Origin: Veleropilina oligotropha
Taxonomy: Eukaryota
DNA: 64,000 nucleotides
NCBI GenBank assembly: GCA_048128005.1
Contig: JBEUKZ010000054.1
Span: 558,001-622,000, forward strand
Direction: 5' to 3'
The first letter of the stretch is position 1. Each line of letters opens with the position of its first letter. Both the position numbers and the translations under genes were made by a program. Of the stretch, positions 13,204 through 24,718 are shown piece after piece. The notes under the pieces are model-generated. The model saw nothing but the letters and a program-made list of their open reading frames with translations. It was not told where the DNA came from and made no database searches.

Positions 13204-14978
13204 GTATGATCATGAGGAGTATCCCACAAGCCAGAATGCCTGCCGTATGAGGAGTATCCCAAAAGCCAGAATGGCTGCCGTATGAGGAGTATCCCACAAG
13301 CCAGAATGGCTGCCGTATGAGTACGTCATTTCATTAATTTCGCGAATGTTTGTATGTTTCTTTGTATCGGTCTTGTTCGGCCTACACTCATATGAAGTAC
13401 GTATCCCACAAGCATGACAAGCCAGAATGGTTGCTGTATGAGGAGTATCTCAGAATGGCTGCTGTATGAGGAGTATCCCAGAATGGCTGCTGTATGAGGA
13501 GTATAATCCCAGAATGGCTGCTGCATGAGGAGTATCCCAGAATGGCTGCTGTATGAGGAGTATCCCAGAATGGCTGCCGTATGAGGAGTATCCCAGAATG
13601 GCTGCCGTATGAGGAGTATCCCAGAATGGCTGCCATATGAGGAGTATCCCACAAGCCCGAATGGCTGCTGTATGACCGTGAGGAGTATCCCACAAGCCAG
13701 AATGGCTGCCGTATGAGGAGTATCCCACAAGCCAGAATGGCTGCTGTATGAGGAGTATCCCAGAATGGCTGCCGTATGAGGAGTATCCCATAATGGCTGC
13801 TGTATGAGGAGTATCCCACAAGCCAGAATGGCTGCTGTATGAGGAGTATCCCAGAATGGCTGCTGTATGAGGAGTATCCCAGAATGGCTGCTGTATGAGC
13901 AATATCCTAGAATGGCTGCTGTATGAGGAGTATCCTACAAGTTAGAATGGCTGCTGTATGAGGAGTATCACACAAGCCAGAATGGCTGCTGTATGAGGAG
14001 TATCCTACAAGTTAGAATGGCTGCTGTATGAGGAGTATCACACAAGCCAGAATGGCTGCTGTATGAGGAGTATCCCAGAATGGCTGCTGTATGAGGAGTA
14101 TCCCAGAATGGCTGCTGTATGAGGAGTATCTCAGAATGGCTGCTGTATGAGGAGTATCCCAGAATGGCTGCTGTATGAGGAATATCCCACAAGCCAGAAT
14201 GGCTGCTGTATGAGGAGTATCCCAGAATGGCTGCTGTATGAGGAGTATCCCAGAATGGATCCTGTATGAGGAGTATCCCAGAATGGCTGCTGTATGAGGA
14301 ATATCCCACAAGCCAGAATGGCTGCTGTATGAGGAGTATCCCAGAATGGCTGCTGTATGAGGAGTATCCCAGAATGGATCCTGTATGAGGAGTATCCCAG
14401 AATGGCTGCTGTATGAGGAATATCCCACAAGCCAGAATGGCTGCTGTATGAGGAGTATCCTACAAGTTAGAATGGCTGCCGTATGAGGAGTATCACACAA
14501 GCCAGAATGGCTGCTGTATGAGGAGTATCCCAGAATGGCTGCTGTATGAGGAGTATCCCAGAATGGCTGCTGTATGAGGAGTATCTCACCAGCCCGAATG
14601 GCTGCTGTATGACCGTGAGGAGTATCCCACAAGCCAGAATGGCTGCTGTATGAGGAGTATCCCAGAATGGCTGCTGTATGAGGAATATCCCAGAATGGCT
14701 GCTGTATGAGGCGTATCCCAGAATGGCTGCTGTATGAGGAGTATCCCACAAGCCAGAATGGCTGCTGTATGAGGAGTATCCCAGAATGGCTGCTGTATGA
14801 GGAATATCCCAGAATGGCTGCTGTATGAGGAGTATCTCAGAATGGCTGCTGTATGAGGAGTATCCCAGAATGTCTGCTGTATGAGGGGTATCCCAGAATG
14901 GCTGCTGTATGAGGAATATCCCAGAATGTCTGCTGTATGTGGAGTATCCCACAAGTTAGAATGGCTGCTGTATGAGGA

Positions 14979-17900
14979 ATATGAGGTTTTAATGTAAACC
15001 TAATATTAGTATAAAACATACTTACGTCCTTACTCTTGCCATAATAGTAATATTATTGCCAACCGGAAACAGTGAATAAGTCACGTTATGCACTATTAAT
15101 AAGTCAAAGACGCAAAAACGTACCACGGTTACCTCCCCTGCTCCACCTCCACCACGTTCCCCCGCGAGACCTCGCCAAGTCTCGCGAGACTTCTGAACCA
15201 TAGAAGTCACATGACATCAATTCAAAGTTCAAAAACCACAAAGGAACGTAGTAGAGGGGAGGAATGCGAAACGCAGGGTGGGTAATCGTGGTAAGGACGT
15301 AAGTATGTTTTATACTAATATTAGGTTTACATTAAAACCTCATATATAGTTACAAACATACTTACGTCCTTACTCTTGCCAGAATAACCTTGGATAGGTG
15401 GGTAAGACGTTCCTTACAACAAACCCAAACAAGATAATGACTTACTTGTCACCAATTCAATCAGCATGAAGCGTCGATTGTGTCCGCCTAGAGTGGAATT
15501 TTTACTGAGTATTATATTCTACTCTTACCAAGCGAGAATTTCGACCAGTGTTACCGGGAGAATACGCCGTGGTGTGAGTCGGACGAGGTGAACGGAAGTG
15601 CAATCAGCCCCAGGCACGGCCGGAAGGATAAATCCCTGTAGGTCTTACGTGTCATGGACCAGTGGCAGCCAAATGGTACTCCTGGCCGAAGGCCGGTAGC
15701 CAGAGGATGCAGTCGGATTTGTAAGCACACGGAACCTAACAGGTTGTGAAAGCTTTAAATCAAAAGCAAAGAATTAATAGATTATTATAAATAATCGATA
15801 TTAATAAGTAATTCGCATGACCAACTTGCGAACGCTAACATGGACGACATGTCACTTAAAATAAATTTTAAGGAAGCAAAAATGTTCGACATGTTACTTA
15901 AAAATAAATGTTAAGGAATCAACATTTTTTAATGTATTGAACATCGTATGTTCGATTACAGCAAAGAACAAAATAATATTGAACCTCAATCTTTTTTAAG
16001 GTTTGTGCAAAATTATAAAAGTTGTTTTATTAAATTCAATGTAATCTGGCTGTCAACTGCTCAGGTCTGACATGAAAAGTACAAAATCTTAAATTAGATT
16101 TAAGAAATGAACAGACATTGAACTGCCTCATAGGTGTTAATTTTCGTAGCACCGTTTGGCCAACAAAAATAAAATGGCGTCAGTAAATATGCAAATGATC
16201 AATCAGAGAACAATACTTACTGATTAGAAGACCTCGGTCTAACAATAACCCTTTGTGCAGCAACACACTGTAAGCTGCTCAGGCCATCAGCACTTGTTGA
16301 GTAGTCCCGCAGATAATGTTTGACAAACACATTAGCGTGTTTCCAATATCCAGCCTGAAGTAACGCATTGATATTTAAATTATGTCGGAATGCTACAGAC
16401 GCGGCAATTTGCCCGGACTTCATGTGCGCGGACCGATAAATAGTTCGGTCGTCGTTGTCACAGCGGATGTATACATCACTGTCTGTGAAATCCACCGCGA
16501 AACAGTAGTCCTCGTAATGTCGCGGGTGTAGGTGGACAAATACGATATGAATAAACGTAATTTTCCCTGCCGCAAATCACGGGTCTGTCTAGGTAGAACC
16601 GAAGCGCCCGGACCGGGCAATTGAAGCGGTCTGTGTCGCGCCTTCCGACTAGCGTTAGCTTGGGGATAACAACATCGGGTGCGTCCTCGTTCGGCCGTGG
16701 TTCTTGGCTAGGAAGCCCAGAATAGGACGCCGTATCACCGACCCGTCTGACTGGAATCGTATATCTCATAGCTCGGAGGAGAAAGCATGAATCTCGGAAC
16801 AACGCCTGCCCGACGCTAAGGCGATCAGAAAAACCGTTTTGTGCGTCAAGTTCCTCATGGTTATCTCGGACATCGACTCATACGGGGGTAAGAGTAATGC
16901 GTTAAGAATAAGTACGATATTCCAAGCAGGTGGCTTAATTTTCGGGTCGGTATCTCGAGTTCGTAAGATCGTATAAAATCTGATATCGTTCGGTCGCTTG
17001 ATAGGCCGGCATGGGCACGACACTGTTTTAACGTGGTCGCGATCGTTGCCCGATAGCCTTTGACGGCGGACACTGACATACCGCGGTCGAAGAGCGACGA
17101 TAAAAACTCGATAAACTTGTTCACAGGGGGACGGGGTATTGACCTGCCTGCTGTGACACCAATCCACGTACTTAACCCATCGGTAGTCATAGACTTTTGT
17201 CGTGGAAATCCTTCTCGATCGATAGATACGTAAGGCTGTAGCTTTAGAAAATCCTTTCTTAGCAAGGGATCGTTCGATAACCGCCAGGCGTGTAAACGTA
17301 AGTGGTTCGGCGACTCGTGGAGTACACGGGTGCGTGGTTGCATTAACAGGTCTAGTTTCTGCGGTAACGCTAACGGTCGATCGACGATCAGATCGAGGAG
17401 GGTCGGAAACCAAGGTTGCGTGCGATACAGGGGCGCTATTAGCGTTATCTCGCAACGTTCGGTCGCTGCCTTCTGTAATACCAGTGATAGAATGCACGTC
17501 GGGGGGAAGGCATACGCGGACAGATTCTCCCATGTCATTGACAGTGTGTCGACCGCTAGGGCGGCCGGGTCTGGGTACGGGGAGACATACAGAGGTAGTC
17601 GGTAATTGAATTCTGTTGCAAACAAATCGACTTGGGGTTGCGACCACCGGCGGCAAACATCCCGAGCTACTCGGCTGTGTAGCGTCCACTCTGTGTGTAT
17701 AATCTGTGATCTCCGAGAGAGCGAATCCGCTCTGACATTCAGCTTTCCCGGGATGTGTCGGGCTCGAATCGTCGAGTTGAGGGACATCACTAAGCGGTGT
17801 AGGTCTATTGCTCGGTCGCATAGGGGACGCGAGCGAGTACCGCCCTGGTGCTGTATGTAAGCGACGACAGTCGTGTTGTCCGTGGCGAGCATTATGTGCT

Positions 17901-20900
17901 TGTTGCGGAGATGTAACGAGAGGGACCGTACTGACAGGTATAGACGGCTTCTAACTCTAGGAAGTTGATATGTCGTCCCTGAAGGTCTGTCGGCCATAGG
18001 CCTGATGTCTCGTAACTGTCGAGGTGACCACCCCAGCCGTCGTTCGAAGCGTCTGTGAACAGGTAAGCGTTCGGCTCTGGTGGGGATATAGGAACCGACT
18101 GGTCCGGCAAAGTGGGGTTCAACCACACTGCTGTCGTGTCGGTAAACCAATGCCGTAGATCGATGCGATCCGTCCACTGCCCCGTCCGTTGTATCCAGCG
18201 ATCCCTGAACGCCTGTTGTAACGGTATTTTGTCCATGCGACCCGTCGGTAGCAGGGGCGCTACCGACTCGATGTGCCCCAGGACAGTGGCCAGTTGTCGC
18301 GCCGTAGTTATGTCCGATGACAGGGTGTCTTGGATAACCGCGCGTAGGTTCCGCATACGCTTCTGGGTCGGCTTCGCGGTGTACCGGACCGTATCGAAGT
18401 CGACTCCGAGGAACGTAAACGTCGTCGAGGGCACGAAGCAGGATTTTGTCTCGTTGATCTGAAATCCCAGGCGCTTCGTCGATGACAGGGTAAAGCTCGT
18501 AGACCGGAGGCACAGATCTCGGGACGCCCCGAGATCAGCCAGTCGTCGAGGTATATATGTACCCTGAGCCCTAGAGAGTGTAGGAAGGCCCTAAGGGCCT
18601 GTACTGTTCTCGTGAAGACGTACGGGGCTGACGATAGACCGAACGGTAGGAACCTGAATGGTAGATCGTCTCCCGTGTGTAAACCGAAGGTACTGATGAG
18701 CCGTGATATGCATCGGGGCATGCAGATACGCGTCGGTCAGATAGATAGACGCTGCCCAGTCGCCCGGATGGATGGCCGCTCGTATCTTCGAGAGGGATTC
18801 TTGCTGGAATTTCTCGGTACGAAGATATAGTTTACGAGAGACCGAAGATCGGTCGCTAGCGGCCATCGGGATTCGGGACCAGGAAGAAATGGCTGTATTT
18901 TCCTGGTGTGCTGGGCGGCGCGGGTAGGTCCCGCACTGCCTGGTCTAAGACCGCTCGCTTTTCTCCGATTAGGAGGCGAGCGTGTCTTGTTGGTGGTGCC
19001 TCGTTTAGGGTCGGATGCCGGTTGAACCAACTTGTATCCGGCACTCACGACGGAGGGACCCAGCTACTGTCTGGTAGTCTAGCCATGGCTGGCTGTACGC
19101 TAACAGATACGCTTCCACCGGCGGAAGCGGGTAGCTGGGACTGTCGTGTGTGTGCCGGCAGCCCTAGGGCCGAGGCTTCCCTCTCCCGCTCTGCGTACGG
19201 GAGCTTGTTGGAGGTGCTTGCCTCTTCGGAGTGGGTTAATGGCCGGGGCCTACCACCAGAAGAGGGCCATGCACGCTTGGAAGGCTTCGGGGTACAGGTG
19301 GGCCCTGAACGCTTCCTCGAGTCGGCGGGTGGACCCCCGGGGGGTGCAGCACCGCCTACTCGATGGTACGGTCCGTCAGGTCCGCCGCTCTCTGTCGACG
19401 AATTCTGAGAAATCGTCGGCAAATAGAGTGGTGGCCGAGCAAGGCACGCATCGCAACGAGCGCCGGGTGGCCTCATCTAGCGAGGTGCCTTCAAGGTAAG
19501 CGGCCCTACGAAGTAGGAGTGCGTTACCCAGGACACGTCCCGTCTCCAACGCGTTGGTCTCCATAACGGCAGCAACCTCCTGGAGGAAGGACAGGGCAGC
19601 CCACGGGCGCCGGGTCCATCCTCCTGTAATACGGCTATCGTCCCGTCTAGGAAAAATCCTGAACGGACGACGGCCGCAGAGCCCATCGGGCGGAGCTCTC
19701 GAAAGCTTCCAAGGCGAACCCAGGAACTCTCGCTACAGAGGGAGTGTGACTGGCGGTCAGTCAACGCAACGCTGTGTCAACACGAACCGGCTCAGTCGCC
19801 AGGCACGGACCAGTACATGCGAACGGGATCGAACGCGAACTGGCCCGGAGGTACCTCCCACTACGGAACCCCGAAGGGTACTCGGTCAGTGGGGAGGACT
19901 CCACCGGATTGCGCCCCCGACTGAGCTTGGTTGTCGAGTCAACACCCGATCAACCAGCCCGGACTGAGGTAAGGAAGGAAGCAAGGGGGCTTCCTTCTCA
20001 ACAAACCGATGCGCCGCCGTCCTGTGCTTGACCGGGCCTACATACGACCGAGTCGGTTCCGGCAGGTCAAGCACCCCGCGAAGTGACGCAACAGCGTCGA
20101 GTTCGGCGGGTGGTGGAGGTCGGCTCCTGCGTGCCTGGAAGACTACCAGCGTCTTCGGGCCCGACCGATACAGGGAGGTCGGAGTGAGTGGAGTCGAGGT
20201 CCTCGTCGGAACGAGGTTCGATCCCCACCACGGAGGCAGGAGCCGTGCTCTGCGCCACAGGCAGAGGTGTAGGTACCTGGAGCGGCTAGGAAGCCGGTTG
20301 CCAGGCCCGACATCGGGACTCGAACTCCGCCGCGAACATAGCCTGGACGTTCTCTAAAGAGAAACCCGGAGGCATGACGGGCGTCGAACTAACAGCCGGT
20401 AGTTCGGTCGAAGTCACCGTGGCGCTAGGTAGACGGGCTGCACGGACAGGTGGTACCGAGGACCAGGGTCCACGGGCACTTGTCGAGGGGTCGAACCCGA
20501 AGGACTGGCCCGGAGGCGCAGTCAGTGGGCCGGACGACCGATAGGACTGCGGCAACAGTTCTGATCGGTCTACCACTCTGTTCGAGCGAGGCACGGACGG
20601 AAAACCGCCGTAGAACCCCGTCCCGAACGCAGCCGGTCTGTCCACGTCCTCTAGCGTGACCACGTAGGGTGCACGGGAGAGACCGGGCCCTCTGAACGTC
20701 TCGTGAGCCTCGAGGTTGAGCGGAAAACCCCTAGGGGAAGTCGCGTCGGTCTCGAGCGAGGATTCAGGTTTCGCCGATTGTCCGAGTCTTCGACCTACAA
20801 GTAGGTGCTCGGCCTCTTTAAAGGCTTTCTCTGCATTGGTTCTTTCACCGTCGCTAGACGGAGAGTGTACCGCAGAAGGACTAACTGTCCCCTTATTCTT

Positions 20901-22407
20901 CGAGGCCGAAGAAAAGGATGGGGATGGTCTGCCCTGTACAGCTGTTCGCTGCGCTGTCATGTATACCTTGCTAGCCGGCAAGGTATGGCTGACTGCAGTT
21001 ACTAGGCCCGGTTGAGGCGGAACGGTCGGCACTCGGGCCTTTACCTGAATCTGGGGTCCCGGCAAGGGTTCGGTGACTCCCCCGAGAGTCGCGGAGGTAT
21101 CGCCGGTAGACCCGGCGACAGACGGTGCTTTACGTCGGCTGTCGTCCAGCGTCCCTGAAGTAGACAAAGAAGAATTATCCCTTAACTTACTGTCTGCAAA
21201 CAACCCCTTTTCCTGCCCCTTTCCCGAGGAGGGCCCACCGTGGCAGTCGCCCTGGTCGACTTACCCGGTTGGGATAGAACCGCCCACTGCTTGTCTGAAA
21301 AAACAAGGCACAAATCACACTGAAGTTTAATTTTACTACAACTACGGTGAATACGGCATTCCGTGTGCGTATCAAACCCCGTGAATTTTCTGGTTACACC
21401 CGGAGCTACTGCACCGGACCAGAGGGTATACACGGGAGGATAGGAGTGGGTATACGGGGTAGTGAAATAGGTATATATATGGTAGTTGTGACTATACTAC
21501 GACAACTCCTAGAATTGCCCTGATCTGAAGATCAAAGATCAAGCGATATACCGCAAAGCGCAAAAAACCCCGCACTGGGAACACCGAGGTCGGGTATTTA
21601 CCCGACACGACCCGGTAAAAAACCCGGGTAATTGACTAGAACAAACGGGGGTTTTCTCTTAGAAAAAACCGCCCAGAAAAACACCTGAAAAGACCTCGTG
21701 GATGTTTTTATGTTAGTACAATGGTGTATTATCCCAGAAACGGCAGGATATCAGAATAACTTAAAGGAATATCAGAACAGTCCTGCCTATTAACGACGCT
21801 AGAAATTTTATAAAATAATAACCAGCAAATAGCGTCGTTAAGGAATTATCCAATATAATGAGTTACCTGTTGCAGTCTCAAACAATATCAGATAAATATA
21901 CCGACCAGAAATTTCAGCTACACACGAAACTTCCCTCTAAGCGGCCATGCTTTTTTCCTTAGCAACGGCGACGCTGTCGGTTACTTGATGTCCAGAACTC
22001 CTCGAAGTTTTGAGAATCACAATCTTCTTATATTCACTTGTGTCTTGTATCCACAACACAGGGTTATATTCCACTACTTATATCATATAAGTATATATTG
22101 CGTCCTGATTTAACGTGAAATCGGGCGCCTATTTCGAAATATTTGCGGAGCAAAACAACGTCTTTCCGCGGCAGCGGAAAACTTTGAATTGATGTCATGT
22201 GACTTCTATGGTTCAGAAGTCTCGCGAGACTTGGCGAGGTCTCGCGGGGGAACGTGGTGGAGGTGGAGCAGGGGAGGTAACCGTGGTACGTTTTTGCGTC
22301 TTTGACTTATTAATAGTGCATAGCGTGACTTATTCACTGTTTCCGGTTGGCAATAATATTACTATTATGGCAAGAGTAAGGACGTAAGTATGTTTGTAAC
22401 TATATAT
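14979..22407 (-). mobile_element. DIRS1-type tyrosine-recombinase retrotransposon, copy 1 (full length, frameshifted)
   Basis: ~215-bp ITRs (about 15017-15233 and 22182-22395), internal complementary region about 15290-15382; fragmented gag, RT/RNase H and YR ORFs collinear with copy 2. Confidence 0.95.
16217..21420 (-). pseudogene. Disrupted gag / RT-RNase H-methyltransferase-like / tyrosine recombinase ORFs of DIRS copy 1
   Basis: Fragments YLDDWLI, LFTDASNDGWGG, LIALASGRRCSEIHA, CPVRAL, GYWKHANVFVKHY spread across many frames. Confidence 0.9.
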
Positions 22408-23488
22408 CCCAGAATGGCTGCTGTATGAGGAGTATCTCAGAATGGTTGCTGTATGAGGAGTATCCCAGAATGGCTGCTGTACGAGGAATATCCCAGAATG
22501 GCTGCTGTATGTGGAGTATCCCACAAGTTAGAATGGCTGCTGTATGAGGAGTATCCCAGAATGGCTGCTGTATGAGGAGTATCCCAGAATGGCTGCTGTA
22601 TGAGGAATATCCCAGAATGGCTGCTGTATGAGGAGTATCTCAGAATGGCTGCTGTATGAGGAGTATCCCAGAATGTCTGCTGTATGAGGAGTATCCCAGA
22701 ATGGCTGCTGTATGAGGAATATCCCAGAATGTCTGCTGTATGAGGAGTATCCCAGAATGGCTGCTGTACGAGGAATATCCCAGAATGGCTGCTGTATGAG
22801 GAGTATCTCAGAATGGCTGCTGTATGAGGAGTATCCCAGAATGGCTGCTGTATGAGGAGTAGCCCATAATGGCTGCTGTATGAGTATCCCAGAATGGCTG
22901 CTGTATGAGGAATATCCCAGAATGGCTGCTGTATGAGGAGTATCCCAGAATGGCTGCTGTACGAGGAATATCCCAGAATGTCTGCTGTATGAGGAGTATC
23001 CTACAAGTTAGAATGGCTGCTGTATGAGGAGTATCACACAAGTCAGAATGGCTGCCGAATGAGGAGTATCCCAGAATGGCTGCTGTATGAGGAGTATCCC
23101 AGAATGGTTGCTGTATGAGGAGTATCCCAGAATGGCTGCTGTACGAGGAATATCCCAGAATGTCTGCTGTATGAGGAGTATCCTACAAGTTAGAATGGCT
23201 GCTGTATGAGGAGTATCAGTGTGTGATTCACACAAGTCAGAATGGCTGCCGTATGAGGAGTATCCCAGAATGGCTGCTGTATGAGGAATATCCTAGAATG
23301 GCTGCTGTATGAGGAGTATCCTACAAGTTAGAATGGCTGCTGTATGACAAAAAAATAATGAGGAGCATCACACAAGCCAGAATGGCTGCTGTATGGGGAG
23401 TATCCCAGAATGGCTCCTGTATGAGGAGTATCCCACAAGCCAGAATGGCTGCTATGAGGAGTATCCCAGAATGGCTGCTGTACGAGGA
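22408..23488. repeat. 28-bp minisatellite block between the two DIRS copies
   Basis: Same unit as 11285-14978; a last partial unit follows DIRS copy 2 at 30947-30964. Confidence 0.96.
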
Positions 23489-24718
23489 ATATGAGGTTTT
23501 AATGTAAACCTAATATTAGTATAAAACATACTTACGTCCTTACTCTTGCCATAATAGCATATTATCGCCCAAACCGGAAATGGTGAATATGTCCCATAAT
23601 GCACCGTTATAAGCCAAAAAAGCACACGGTTACCTCCCCTGCTCCTACCCCCCACGTTCCCTAGCGAGACTTCGCCAAGTCTCGTGAGACTTCTGAACAA
23701 TAGAAGTCACATGACATCAATTCAAAGTTCAAAAACCACAAAGGAACGTAGTAGAGGGGAGGAATGCGAAACGCAGGGTGGGTAATCGTGTAAGGACGTA
23801 AGTATGTTTTATACTAATATTAGGTTTACATTAAAACCTCATATATAGTTACAAACATACTTACGTCCTTACTCTTGCCAGAATAACCTTGGATAGGTGG
23901 GTAAGACGTTCCTTACAACAAACCCAAACAAGATAATGACTTACTTTTCACCAATTCGATCAGCATGAAGCGTCGAGTGTGTCCGCCTAGAGTGGAATTT
24001 TTACTGAGTATTATATTCTACTCTTACCAGGCGAGAATTTCGACCAGTGTTACCGGGAGGATACGCCGTGGTGTTAGTCGGACGAGGTGAACGGAAGTGC
24101 AATCAGCCCCTGGCACGGCCGGAAGGATAAATCCCTGTAGGTCTTACGTGTCATGGACCAGTGGCAGCCAAATGGGACTCCGGGCCTATAGGCCGGTAGC
24201 CAGAGGATGCAGTCGGATTTGTAAGCACACGGAACCTAACAGGTTGTGAAAGCTTTAAAATCAAAAGCAAAGAATTAATAGATTATATAATAATCGATAT
24301 TAATAAGTAGTTCGCATGACCAACTTGCGAACGCTAACATGGACGACATGTCACTTAAAATAGATTTTAAGGAAGCAAAAATGTTCGACATGTTACTTAA
24401 AAATAAATGTTAAGGAATCAACATTTTAAATGTATTGAACATCGTATGTTCGATTACAGCAAAGAACATAATAATATTGAACCCTAATCTTTTTAAGATT
24501 TGTGCAAAATTATCAAAGTTGTTTTATTAAATTCAATGTGATCTGGCTTATGTCAACACTCAGTCTGACATGAGAAGTACAAAATCTTAAATTAGATTTA
24601 AGAAATGAACAGACATTGAACTGCCCCATAGGTGTTAATTACATAGCACCGTTTGGCCAACGAAAATAAAATGGCGTCAGTAAATATGCAAATGATCAAT
24701 CAGAGAACAATAGGCTAC

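Larger units (their letters stand above)
11285..14978. repeat. 28-bp minisatellite (CCAGAATGGCTGCTGTATGAGGAGTATC) with 35-bp variants, left block
   Basis: Tandem units in the large TIPIN intron; interrupted at about 12315-12848 and by SINE copy B. Confidence 0.96.

Noticed and set aside
11169..15019. Many ORFs with DTPHTAAILGYSS repeats
   Set aside because: Translations of the 28-bp minisatellite
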